Positions 1 through 12,822 of a DNA stretch of 64,000 nucleotides are shown in pieces. Position 1 is the first letter of the stretch; every line of letters begins with the position of its first letter. Origin of the DNA: the human T2T-CHM13v2.0 reference genome, Homo sapiens; assembly GCF_009914755.1 (NCBI RefSeq), contig NC_060928.1, one strand, 5' to 3'. The notes beneath the pieces were generated by a model, which worked only from the letters and a program-made list of their open reading frames with translations, was not told the DNA's origin and did not search any database. The position numbers and the translations under genes were made by a program.

Positions 1-6
1 GTAAGA
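1..6 (+). other. Possible 5' splice donor (GTAAGA) at the window start
   Basis: First six bases match the GTRAG donor consensus. The upstream exon is not visible, so this may be coincidence. Confidence 0.3.
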
Positions 7-1518
7 CACTTTCAACAGGCGTCATTGGAAGTATTCTGTCCCAAGAACAGCTTCTTCCACAACACTTTATTGTTTCATTTGTGATCTGCATCAGCAATCA
101 TCAGCTATCACTTGCTTTCTGGCTCAGGTTAAAAAATCTTGTTTCCTGTCGTGAGGAAAGGGCAGAAGGGAAATTGGCAAGGGGGAAATCTGGTGTGATC
201 CAGTGACTCACAAGTTCATCCCTAACTTTTATTGCCAGATAATGTTTAAACACTTCTGGCTTTTGCTTTCTCTCTGGGGTCATTTATAATTTTTTTTCTA
301 AAATCCTTGCCATCCTTTACCTCCCTGAGCATTCAATATCCCCTCTAACTTCTGCTGGGAATCTAAGATGTCAACAACATGTTATTTAGATGAAATGCTG
401 CTATCCTTTCCTTTACTGGGGTTGTCATTCCCTATTGTCTGCCCATACAAATAGCTGCACCTATAGGACTTTGATCTGCTGTCAGTCTGGACAACATTAC
501 TTTCTTATTTTACCTGTTGTCCCAATATCAATATATCTAAATAGACTTCTCTGTAATATTACACAAAGTCGCTTGTAAGATAACCTGGTTCTTGCCCGAG
601 TTTATGACATCCTGTGGTTTGCTGCCTTATCATTTTTAAAGCCAAGACTTTTAAAAATCATAGCTTAAGGTTTGTTTAATTTCACAAATGCAAAGTACAG
701 AATTTGGCTACTATTGGGAGCCCCCATATTTTTAATGATTTAATTAAAGTTATATATCCCATCTGTATAAGAGCTTCCTTTTATCTTCCAAAAGAGATGG
801 ATTTCCATTCTTTCCTGTTTACTTTTGAAATTCAGCACTTCAATGGTCTTCAAGCCATAATTTTGGCTTATGTAATCACTATGATCAGACTTCTTTATTG
901 GAGTCAGTGGGAGATTACTGTCTTAAGGCAATTATGGTAAAGTTGAGAAGTGACCTCAGAAACAAGGTATATAGGGAAAATAATTAGTTTTGTGAAGACA
1001 GGAAAAACATTTAGGACAGTGTATGTTCTCTGATCTCATGATTTATAGATAGTTGTTTGATATAAGTAAATAGTTATTTTCTAAACCACACAGACTTATC
1101 CAAATGCCAGTTATGACCTTCCCTTAAAGTGAGAAGTAAGCTTATGCCACACTGTCTCTTAAGCCATTTTACTATCTCCAAATGAATCAATGCATACCTC
1201 AATATATCCATCCTTGTTTTGCTGATGTAACTGGGTTGAACAAAGAAGCTCATCAACCCAATTACTCTCTACAAAACAAAGTATGCTATCTCTCAGCTAT
1301 GGGTTCAGGCTCTGGCTTATGACAAAACACCACTAACAAAAATATACAGGCTGGTGTTTACAATCCTGGCTTTCTTTGATCCTGACTGGCCAAATTTCAT
1401 GGCAGGTGCCAAGAAGAAAATTAAAAATATATATATAGCTATGACTCTGACTTTTACACTTAAGCTGTGGTAATATACTAGGAAGCAATTACAAGGGTAC
1501 CTCAAAAACTATAGCTAC

Positions 1519-1910
1519 TGCTATGGACTGAATTGTATACCCCCATATTCATATGTTGAAGTCCTAACTCCTGATGTGATTGCATTTGGAGATAGGGATT
1601 TTAGGAGGTAATTAAAGTTAAATAAGGTTATAAGGGTGGGGTCCTAATCCAATAAGATTGGTGGTCTTACAAGAAGAGGAAGAGAGAAATCTCTCTCTCT
1701 ATCCATATGCATGCACTGAGGAAAGGCTATGTTAGGACACAGCAAGAAAGTGGCTGTCTGCAAGCCAGGAAGAGAAGGGCCTCATAAGAAACACTCTTCC
1801 AGACCTTGATCTGGGACATGTAGCCTGCAGAACTGTGAGGAATACATTTCTGTTGTTTAGACCACTCAATCTATGGTGTTTTGTTATGGCAGCCTGAGCA
1901 GACTAATACA
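1519..1910 (+). mobile_element. MaLR solo LTR, MLT1A-like
   Basis: Starts TGCTATGGACTGAATTG, ends GCAGACTAATACA; about 390 bp; 5-bp TSD gctac/gctgc. Confidence 0.85.
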
Positions 1911-3174
1911 GCTGCCTTTAGAGAGAACCAAAGAGAAGACGAGATATGGTTTCTTGGAGCAAGAAATGTAGTTGCAGTTTAAACTGTCCTTAAAGTTATT
2001 CAAGGAACCCTTTCTTCTGTCCCTTCTTGCAAAATATATACTGAGTCTATCCTGTGAACAGGATTATAAAATTTATCACCTAAATATTACAATAGTACAG
2101 TTTTTACAGCAATAATTCGGGGCCATCTAGGGCAAACTAAGACATATTGTCACCCTGCCTATAGAGAACTATTAGATGTTAAGACTTCTTTTTGCCTGTT
2201 TCCAAGCCAACAAAAGAGGGCTATACCAGGTTAGTGCAGCAGTGGCTTTGGTTGGTGATGTTAGAGCATAGTCTGTTGATTACTCCTGGGTCTCTGTTTT
2301 TCTGTAGGTCTTTACATGTTCAGCTGTCACTTCATTTTCACTACTTTCTTTCACTACCTAAGTAGTTTTCCTTTGATGTCACATTAGTGTCCAGACTCTT
2401 TGGTTAAAATAACCCTTTGATTTATCCTAATCTCTAGCTCCAATTTAAGACAACTATTCTAAATTTCATTATAATTTCTCCAAAATATCTGATATTAGTT
2501 CAAAGATACAATGCTTAGGCCACTTTTTTCAGAGTCAATGATAAGGCAAGAAGCATGGTATTAATTACATAAATATATTAATAAATGGATTATTTGTGTG
2601 AAGAATGCTTTTCATGTATTCATATATTAAATTCATATATTTATAAAAGGTATTCTCCTTCCTATCCATTCTTAAGAAGCATGAGTAGAAGATGAGAGGA
2701 AAGAATTTCATTTGTTGGGCTCAAAGTCCTTAACAATATCTATAGCTGGACTGTAATCTTTATATTCCAGTCTTAAAAGATAGGACAGTTATATGAGCTT
2801 CTTTATGACAGAATTAGCTTTAAAAATAATAGCTAGCCTCCTCATTTCCTCGTAAATAATGGAAAACATCCCCCTTGATTGACACGTTAAAATTGGGATA
2901 TAGTTTTTAATTAATATATTTGTGAATTTTCTATTTATTTTACCTTAAGCCATCTATTTTTAAACCATGTTAGAAGATATTGAGTGAAAAATTTACTGTG
3001 TCCCAGAGTTGTAGTTAAGGACTTCAGTTGTGGACAAGATGAGCTGAGTATCCCACTTTGAAAGCCAGTATGTAATAGAACCCAGCTATATTCCCACAGG
3101 GCTTGTTAAGAGGTGAAAAGTATATACCGCCCCCTGCCAACAGTGACTAAGAAGAGAACTGGGGAAAGAAAAGG

Positions 3175-4010
3175 GAATCGTCAAGAGTAATGCTAACTGT
3201 TGTAACTAACAACCCCCCATATTTTAGTAGATTAATACAATAAAATTTTATTTTTCACTTATGTAATTCAACAATGTGGGTGTTCCTGGCTTAAATGATT
3301 TTCCTTTGAGAAGATTTTTTCCGGTTTGTAAATTTGCCATTCTTGGCAAAGAGCATCTAGCCTTATGCTGGGGGTCATCTCCATTCCAGCCAGCCAGAAA
3401 GGAAGAGTATAGAGGATTGCATAGAGGAGGGCTTTATGGGCTGCATCAGTTTTCTAGGGCTGCCATAACAAAGCACCTCAGACTGGGTGGTTTGAGTAAC
3501 AAAAAATCATTTTCTCACAGTTTTGCAGAAAAGAAGTCCGAGATCAAGGTGTAGGTAGAGTTGATTTCTTCCGAGGACTCTCTCTTTGGCTTAGAAATGG
3601 CTGCATTCTTACTGCGTCCACACATGATTTTTCCCCTTATGTGTACATCCCTGGTGTTACTTTGTTCAAATTTCCTTTTTTTATAAGGACATCAGTCAGC
3701 TTAGATTAGGATCTGCCTAACAGCCTCATTTTAACTTAATTACCTTTTTAAAGGCCTTATTTCTAAATACAGTCACATTCTGGGCTACTGGGAGTTAGGG
3801 TTTCAACATGTGAATTTAAGGAGATATAATTCAGCCCATAACATGGGACAAGCCTTGAAATGGTGTGTGTCATTTCCACTCCATGGACTCTTTGGCTGGA
3901 ACTCAGTCTCATTGTCACACCTAAATGCAAAGGGAGCTAGGAAATACAGCTATCTTTCCCAGGAAGAAGAAAGAGAAGACATTGGTTTGACTGGGAAGCC
4001 ATCTCTTCCA
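3175..4010 (-). mobile_element. MLT1K/L-like LTR (3' LTR of a MaLR provirus), interrupted by MLT1B
   Basis: taatgctaactgttgtaactaacaaccc... at the left; ...ggaactcagtctcattgtcacacctaaatgcaaagggagctaggaaa... resumes after 3843. Confidence 0.7.
3442..3843 (-). mobile_element. MLT1B-like solo LTR nested in the MLT1K/L LTR
   Basis: Reverse complement begins TGTTATGGGCTGAATT; TSD tgggc/tggga. Confidence 0.85.
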
Positions 4011-5294
4011 TAGTCTGGTCACTAAATATTCATTTCATAGTTCTTATTCATGGAATTTACTTACCTTGTCTACAGACTCAATGTCTGTGATCTCCAGGTG
4101 ATATGCAGTCTTTTCTACCAGGTCCAGATGTTGCTTCTCATGATCCAGTGACTACTAAACTATAAAGACAATTATCTGCTCACTCACTGCCTCCACACTT
4201 ACTGTATAAGAGTAAAGCAGGGATAGAATAACAACAGTGAACTGTCCAAATGAGGAATGAGTGACAGACATAGCAGTGACTGCTAAACAGCAATAATCAA
4301 CTCCTGTAGGGCAGGCTTTGTAAGGGTCCTTTGCTTTTAAAGTTCTTAATTAGACCCTTATTCTGTATTCTAGGAGGACCGTCCCTGAGCACTCTCCTGT
4401 GAGGCCTCTGGCTGCACTCTCTGGTAGTTTTCCTCTTATCTATTATTCTCCATGGGCACATCTCAAGTGGGCTTTGGGGCTATGCCCATTTTGAGTTGTT
4501 CAGATTTTGTAGCTCACTTAGTGCTCAGGTAAGTTTGAGCACCCATAAGTTGTTTAAAGGCTTGAGAAGTAATTAACATATATATTTTTTGACAATACAG
4601 TCCCCTCTATATCTTAGGAGTTTTTTGATCTTGCTTTCAATCAATTTCACATTTCAATATGCACACCTAAAATGTTCTCCCAAATAGAGCTCTGAAATCT
4701 GGCTTATTTCTTTGCTGTCTCCTCTTCATGCCTCTCTCAGCTTAAGCAAAACTACCTTGTGGCCATATGAAACAATAATTTGTGGTGGAAATGCATTAAC
4801 CTTCATTCAGTCTCAAAGACAGTGCTGAATTTTTGTTCAGTAAAGTCTTACAGGGCTTACATTACTCAAAAGGCTTATCAATCTTTTACTCTTTTGTGTC
4901 CAGAAAGAGTTCGCTTTTCCAAATTATTCAGAGGTCACATTTCTGAAAATTTTAATTCCCTTTCATTTATGCTTGCAGACTATGCAATTTGATCTCATTT
5001 TTTCTCTTGTAATACCTCATTAAAAGCATTAGGTAAAAGCTAAGACACTCACTCTCAATCCTACTCTCACTTTCCCCCAAACTGCAGGTTCAGGTGCCGC
5101 TGGCTTATCTTCCAAGCAGATGATGATTTTACCAAATATTTTGCCACTGTGTAACATGAGTTTCCATCTGTTTAGCTTACATATATACATATATATGTGT
5201 ATATATATACGTATATGTGTATATATATAACTGTTTGCTGCCTAATTAGACAATGTCTTTGTTTAAGGCAATATTCCACTCTAAATATCAATTT
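4011..5294 (-). mobile_element. MLT1 internal region
   Basis: Lies between two similar LTRs. The right end (attccactctaaatatcaattt) resembles the reverse complement of the MaLR internal 5' start (aaattggtacc...agtgg). Confidence 0.6.
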
Positions 5295-5703
5295 TTGTCT
5301 TTGCTATGATAAATTACTGTAACAGGCAAATAAAAGCACTTTGAAGCCTTAAAAGAGTAGTAATTTATTTCTTCTTACTTAGGAATTAATGTCGGTTTAG
5401 TTTGGGGCACAGGGGTCTTGGGTTTATGTATTTATTTAGGGACCCAGGCTGTTGGAGGCTCTACTCTCTTCTGTGGTCTTTCTGGGCATTTATATCCAAA
5501 TTGAAGCTAGGGAAGAAACATATAAAATTATTATTTTAGAGATTGTAATGTACTATGACTAAAAGTAGTAGTAGTACTTCACTTTTGCTCACTGTATAGA
5601 ACTCATGGCCACATGTAAATGCTGTCAATTCTAGGAACAGACTTGCTGTGTGCCCAAGAAAAAATGAAAACAGATTTGTTATTAAACTAGTTGACTGTAT
5701 CAC
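5295..5703 (-). mobile_element. MLT1K/L-like LTR (5' LTR of the provirus)
   Basis: gggacccaggct..., cttcacttttgctcact...agaactcatggccacatgtaaatgc...tgtgtgcccaagaa parallel the 3175-4010 LTR. Confidence 0.65.
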
Positions 5704-5807
5704 TGTGGAGTAAAGTGTCTGTGAACAAAGAGTCTTCCCTCCCTCCTTTACTGAACTTAAGTTAAGGGGAACCCAAGATCACTCATGAAGACTGGGAGTA
5801 TCTTTAA

Positions 5808-5910
5808 CCTGTTTATGCCTGAGGTTGCAGTTTTTTAACTTTTTGCAAACAGACCTTGGTGACTACCTTGAGCAGTAGGATATAAATAACTCCATCATGC
5901 TTAGTGTTCC
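5808..5910 (+). mobile_element. MER85 (PGBD3/piggyBac-derived MITE), right end missing
   Basis: TTAA-cctgtttatgcctgaggttgcagtttttt...gaccttggtgactaccttgagcagtaggatataaataactcc...gcttagtgttcc-TTAA matches the MER85 consensus; TTAA at 5804-5807 and 5911-5914. Confidence 0.85.
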
Positions 5911-6332
5911 TTAAGGAGGGGGAATCTGAGATCTCTTCTCTTAATAGGTGATTTCTGAGCTTCAGAACTCTCCAGAGCAGAGTTTGGTGAGAATGTGTTT
6001 AAAAGAACTGTAGGGAGCCCAAGAGTACAGCATGCAGTCTTATTAAAGTTCCTCCATTCCCACTCTGAGAAGAATAAGGTTTAATGGCCTCAGTAGTGAG
6101 CAGAGACTGGCATCTGCTTTCTGAAGACAGGAGGCTCCCTGGAACAGCATGATTTGAGTGGCTAATGACATAGAATAATTTATCTGAGCAAGCAAATTAG
6201 GGCTATTGTTTCCCGATCTCAAATCTGCAAGGCTTTTGAGAGGTGCCTTCACACTTAGACGGTAGTGAATAGAAACTTATATAGCCATTGAGAAAAGTGA
6301 CAAAATGCCCAACCCAGAGAAGTTGTTGGGAG

Positions 6333-6413
6333 GTATATATATATATACACATATATGTACACACACACACACATGCATATATATGTATGTGTGTGTGTGC
6401 ATGTGTGTGTGTA

Positions 6414-6447
<34 letters not shown>
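6333..6447. repeat. Compound (TA)n/(CA)n/(TG)n microsatellite
   Basis: About 115 bp of alternating purine-pyrimidine; source of the HTHT/CVCV pseudo-ORFs. Confidence 0.95.
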
Positions 6448-6448
<1 letters not shown>

Positions 6449-6854
6449 ATATTATTGCTGGTGGAGCCAATGGCAGACATAGTTGCTCCTCTAAAGAGGT
6501 CTCTTGAACAATGGACGAAGCTTAGGTGAAAGTAAACACCACCCTGAGGAACCCATGCACATCACCCACATGGAGCCCCGAATATTAGCAAAATTCTCAA
6601 CATCAGATGAAACCACATGACTAGAATGAGGATGGAAATACCTCCCAACTACCATCAAAAGGAAAGTCACGTAAAAAGATAATGCCTTCTCTTTTCCTTA
6701 TCCTTGTCCCACACCAGAGGACCTAAAACCTTCTCTCCAACCCCGTCTACTTTATGCAGCCAGGGCTTCTGGTTTAGTCCGTGCAGGATGGGATATGAGT
6801 TTTGGATTAAGTTCAGCCTGAAGTTTCAAAATAAGTAAGATTACTTTGTTGCTG

Positions 6855-9265
6855 TTAACAGCTTTATTGAGGTATAAATGACATACAAGTAGCTGCATAT
6901 ATTTAAACCATACAATTTGATATATTTTGATATATTTCTGAATATATAAAAATATATCTGAGAAATTATTACCAGAATTAATAATGAGCATGTCCATCAC
7001 TGGCAAAAATTTTCTCATGTGCTTTGTAAAACTCTTTTTGTCTGTCTGCTTTCATTTAGCACAGTTGTTTTGAGATTTATCCATTTTGTTGTATTAATAG
7101 TTTACTTTTTATTGCTGAATAGTATTCTATTGTTTATATGTTCCACAATTTGCTTTCATTCACCTGTTGATAGACTGGGTTGTTTTCAGTTTTTGGTTAT
7201 TAAAATAAAACTGCTACGAACATTACACACAATTTTTATAGAAATATGTTCTTATTTTTCTTGGGTAAATACTGTGCAATGAAATGGGTGGATCACAAAG
7301 TAGGTGTACAATTAACAGATTCAGAAATGGCCAAGGTATTTTCCAACATGGTTGTACCATTAAAGATTCTCACCAGCATTGTATTAGAATTCTGGTGCTT
7401 CCATGGCCTTGCCAACACTTGGTATTGTGAGTTGTTTAAATTACAACCTTTCTAAAAGTATACAGTCATATTAATTGTGATTTTAATTTGTATTTCCCTA
7501 ATAACTAATGAGGTTGAGCATCTTTTCATGTGTTTATTTTTCATCTGTTTATTTCCCCTGATAAAAATGTCTGTTCACATGTTTGCCAACTTTTGAAGGC
7601 ATTATTATTGTTTAATTTTGAAATTCTTTATATATTTTGGGTACAAATCTTTTTATCAAATATATGATTTACAAATATTTTGTCTATGTCTGTGGATTAT
7701 CTTTTTACTCTCGTAACAATTGTGGGGTGGGGGGAGGGGGGAGGGATAGCACTGGGAGATATACCTAATGCTGGATGACGGGTTAGTGGGTGCAGCGCAC
7801 CAGCATGGCACATGTATACATATGTAACTAACCTGCACATTGTGCACATGAACCCTAAAACTTAAAGTATAATAATAATAAATAAATAAATAAATAAATA
7901 AATAAAACACAATGTCTTCTGAAAAGTTTTGATTTTGAAAAAGTCAAATTTTTCAATTTGTTCTCTTGTAAATCATGCCTTTTGTATTGTAACTAGGAAA
8001 CCTTCATCTAATCCAAGATCGAAAAAGTTTTCTCCTAGATTTATAGTTTTAGTTTTTATATTAAATTCCATTTGAGTTAATTTTTGTATATGGCAATTTT
8101 TTGTCTTGTATGTAGTTTGCATGTCCAATAGTTTCAATATAATTTGAAGAAAATATAATTTGAAGAAAAAACTACCATTTCTCCTCTGACTTTCCTGTGA
8201 ATCTTTACAAATATCAATCATCCATATGTGTGTGAGGCCATTGATCTATTTGTTTATATTTACATTTATACTGTATTCTTTAATTATTGTCACTTTACTG
8301 TAAGGTGAAGTCAGGTAGTGTAAATGCTCTGATGTTGCTCTTCTTTTTCAAAGTTGTTTTGACTCTTCAAGGTCCTTTGAATTTCCTTTTCTACTTGAAA
8401 CCTCCTACACAAAAAGCTTGCTGGGATTTTGATTACAATTGCATTGCAATTACATAATAATTTAATGAAGACTGACATTTGATATTACTGAGTCTTCCAA
8501 CCCATGGACACGCTATATTTCTCTATATTTTTAGATTTTAATTTTCCCTAGCAGTGTTTTGTAGTTGCCACATCTTTTTCAAATCTATCCTTATGTATTT
8601 CATATTTATAATGTTATAGATGATTATAAAATTATTTTTTGATAGAAATACAATTGATGTTTTAACCTTGCAGCCTTACTAATCTCACTTACTAGTTCTA
8701 GAAGTTATTTTACACAGTTCATCAGGTTTTCTACGTATACAATTATTTCTTTTGTGAATAAAGGCAGTCATACTTTTTACATTCCAATCTGGATGTTTTA
8801 TGTTTATTTCTCATGTTTTATGGTAGTAGTCAGAATCTCCAGTATAGTATTAATAGAAATGATGAGAGCTAACATTTTTATTTAGTTCTTCATCTTGGAG
8901 GAAAACATGAGTCTTTCACTATAAGTGTGATGTTAGCTGAAGGATTTTCATGGGTGATCTTTATCAGGTTAAGGAAGTTCCCTCCTATTTCTGGTTTACT
9001 GTGAAGTTTTTATTTTGTTTATTTGTAGATGTTATATTTTGTCAAATGTTTTTCCTGAGCTTATTTAGATAATAAGTATTTTTAATTTTTAAATCCCTTA
9101 ATATGATGAAGTATACTGATTGGTTTTCAAGAATTAAGCCCACCTTACATTCTTGGGATAATCTCAATTTGGTTGTGATATATTATTGTTTTTATATCTT
9201 GTCAGATTTAATTTTCAGAAATTTTGTTTGGAATTTTTGCATCTATGATTATAAAAAATATTGCT
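6855..9265 (-). mobile_element. Old LINE-1 (L1MB/L1MC-type), 3' UTR and degraded ORF2
   Basis: Begins with the typical reversed 3' end acagctttattgaggtataaatgacatac; antisense ORF2-like sequence continues to about 9265. Confidence 0.8.
7720..7907 (+). mobile_element. Short young L1 3' end (L1PA2/3) inserted in the old L1
   Basis: G-rich tract, gatagcactgggagatatacctaatgc...gcagcgcaccagcatggcac...cttaaagtataataa, (TAAA)n tail; short acaat duplication on both sides. Confidence 0.9.
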
Positions 9266-9324
9266 CTGTAAACAAACAAAAAGTTTATTTGTAAACAAAC
9301 CTTTAAATCTTTGCTCCAGAATCA

Positions 9325-9475
9325 ACTTGTCCTGGACAAAGAACTTAAAGCCTATGAACCTCAGTCCATCTTCAAAAAGGATCTATTGAGTTCCCTTTTG
9401 GGCTGTTAGGACAATTAGAAATAATGATTACAAAGCACCCGACACAATACTTGACACATAGTAGATAGCCAATTT
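9325..9475 (+). mobile_element. MIR fragment
   Basis: gaacctcagtcc...gggctgttaggacaattagaaataatg...aaagcacccgacacaatacttgacacatagtag. Confidence 0.5.
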
Positions 9476-9603
9476 TTGGCATCAATATTAATAATAGTAA
9501 CTTAATTTCTGATAAAATAAAGAGTGCTAAAAGAGAAAAGAGGTGTTTCATTTCTTATTATGCTTATGTAAAAGCATTCAGAACAATTTGGAATAATGAT
9601 TTT

Positions 9604-10197
9604 ATTTTTTTATTTGTGTCGATTTAGGCATACAAGTGCATTGTGTTACATGGGTATATTGTGTAGTGGTGAAGTCTGGGCTGTTAGTGCACCTATCATC
9701 TGAATAGTGTACATTGTGCCCAATAGGAATAGATATTATTTCATCCCTCACTTCCCTCATACCTTCTTACTTTCTGGACTCTCAAATGTCTATTATTCCC
9801 CTCTGTGTGTCCATGTGTACATATTGTTTAGCTCCCACTTATCAGTGGGAACATGGAGCTTTTGACCTGTTTTGGAGTCGCTTCACGTAGGATAATGGTC
9901 TCTGGTTCTATCCATGTTGCTACAAAAGACATGGTTTCATTCTTTTATATGGCTGAGTGATATTTCATGGTATATTTATACCACAGTTTAAATCCAGTCA
10001 TTCACTGATGGACACAAAAAGGGAATGCTTACACACTGTTGGTAGGAATGTAAATTAATGCAACCTTTATGAAAAGCAGTATGAAGATTTCTCAAAGAAC
10101 TAAAAATAGAATTACCATTCAATCCAGCAATCTCACTACTGAGTATCTACCCAAAAGAAAATATATCATTTTACCAAGAAGGCACCTGCACTCCTAT
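9604..10197 (-). mobile_element. L1PB4/L1MA-type 3' fragment with a 5' inversion
   Basis: Antisense 3' end at 9604-10015, sense ORF2 piece at 10016-10197; TSD ggaataatgatttt (9590-9603) / ggaatgataatttt (10198-10211). Confidence 0.8.
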
Positions 10198-10664
10198 GGA
10201 ATGATAATTTTTGCATTAAAAAATCATAACTGATGTATCTTTATAACGACATGATACTCAGTAAAAAATGTAACATAATATTGGGACAGGAAAAATACCA
10301 TGAGTTTAAGGATATCTGCCTATCACTGATTCTTATGTGATCTCAGATAATTTGGACTCATTTGTAAACAGAGCAACTGGATTGAAATTTTCATAATTTT
10401 GTATTTTTTAATACTGATACATGAAAGACTGATACTGAGTCCAGAAAGATGCATTGTCTTTGATTCAATCTTTATTTATTGGGGACTTATTTTTTAGTTA
10501 TATCTAATCCTCATTTTATTAAGAAAATTTTAAAAACCCACATTAGCTTAACTTAATTTAAAATTCTAATCTCTGATCATTACCTCCTCAACAATACTCT
10601 ACTTACCTGCACTCCTAAATTTTAGCCTTTACACCTGTAATGCAGCTACAGTTACTATAAGATG

Positions 10665-11255
10665 ACATTTTTGATGATCTACTCACTATTCATTTTTCCT
10701 CTTCTTCCAAATGAAATCTGGATCTATTCAGGTATACAGCATTCTCATGCAGTCATGTGCCCCCAAAATATGACCCCATCCCAGCTACAGAGGCATAACT
10801 CATTTTTTCTAAGGGTGGGCTGATTATCATTCCAAGTGATTGGTCTATGAATGGAAATATGTCCCAATCCTAACCAACAAACTATAAACTTCAGTCTTCT
10901 GGTACATTTTCTAGAAAATTTTCCTCCACCCTAAGAGCTATCCACATCAGAGGATAGTCTATCTTTTTTGTCTGGATCTTTTTTTTATTTTGGTCTGAAT
11001 TAAGAATTTGATTTCTTTTTTTTTTCCGCAGCAATCTATCTAACAGCCTGTGGATGAGGTCAAAGGAAAGAGGGAAGAAAGGAGAAAGGGGAGAAGGAAA
11101 GAACTTGAGGCTTTGATGACCGTTGGAATGCGTAAGTAACCAACCCTGAAACCTGAACTTTCTCTTCATTTCTATGATGTGGAATAATAAATTTTCTTAG
11201 TGTTTAAGTTTCCTTAGAATTTCTTTTACTTGTGGCCAAAGATACTGCCAAATGT
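10665..11255 (+). mobile_element. Old ERVL-type LTR (LTR33/LTR16-like)
   Basis: agtgattggtctatgaatggaaatatgtcccaatcct, plus a 3' aataataaattttcttagtgtttaag...ttacttgtggccaaag end typical of this group. Confidence 0.5.
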
Positions 11256-11366
11256 TTAGACTCATAACCTGATATTTCATAACCTTATTGTAATACTTCT
11301 GTTTCCATTCTTCTGCTAGTAAAAGTTGTAAAAGCACAGCATTTCGCAATCTAAAATACAAATTTG

Positions 11367-11743
11367 GTTTTTAAAATAAATTTTTTGAATTCTTTTTTAT
11401 TTCAATAGGTTTTTGGGGCAACAGGTGGTCTTTGGTTACATGAATAAGTTCTTTAGCGGTGATTTCTGAAATTTTGGTGCACCCATCACCCAAGCAGTGT
11501 ACATTGTACCCAATGTGTAGTCTTTTATCCCTCACCCACCTCCCATCCTTTCCCACAAGTCCCCAAAGTCCATTGTATCATTCTTATGCCTATGTGTCCT
11601 CATAACTTAGCTCCCAATTATGAGAGAGAACATACAATGTTTGGTTTTCCATTCCTGAGTCACTTCACTTAGACTAGTAGTCTCCAGTTCCATCCAGGTT
11701 GCTGAGAATGCCATTAATTCGTTCCTTTTTATGGCTGAATAGT
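11367..11743 (-). mobile_element. L1PB1-like 3' end
   Basis: ggttacatgaataagttctttagcggtgatttctgaaattttggtgcacccatc; perfect 15-bp TSD taaaatacaaatttg (11352-11366 / 11744-11758). Confidence 0.88.
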
Positions 11744-11794
11744 TAAAATACAAATTTGAAAAAGAAATATTCATGGTAAACAATTGATAGGATT

Positions 11795-12084
<290 letters not shown>

Positions 12085-12386
12085 TTAGGATTAAGCTCTA
12101 TGGGGTATTATTGTATCTCCAGGCAGTAGGGGTATGCTATGCTGCTGTAACAAGTTAATGTTTATGATGAAAGGCAGATAGGACAGGAAGCACAGTATGT
12201 TAATTAGTTCCTTATGAGAAAAACCCATTATTTCACCCAACAGATTTTTCCATTTGGTAAAATATTATTAAAAACTCAGTTTGACACTGATTTTAGTATG
12301 TTTTTTTCTTCTAAATTATATATACATACACACAGACTCTCACACACACGCACACATATGGTTAGTGAAGACTATGGGAGAATTAA

Positions 12387-12822
<436 letters not shown>

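Larger units (their letters stand above)
2998..6835. mobile_element. Possible ancient LTR (LTR85/MamGypLTR-like) split by the MLT1 provirus, MER85 and a microsatellite
   Basis: Segments 2998-3175 and 5704-6835 loosely resemble old mammalian gypsy-type LTRs; recalled similarity only. Confidence 0.25.

Noticed and set aside
6255-6482. His/Thr- and Cys/Val-rich ORFs
   Set aside because: Translations of a dinucleotide microsatellite.
7722-7746. G-quadruplex motif (also at about 25277-25300)
   Set aside because: The ordinary G-rich tract of L1PA 3' UTRs.
8136-8167. 16-bp tandem duplication aatataatttgaagaa
   Set aside because: Real but a trivial slippage event inside a dead L1.
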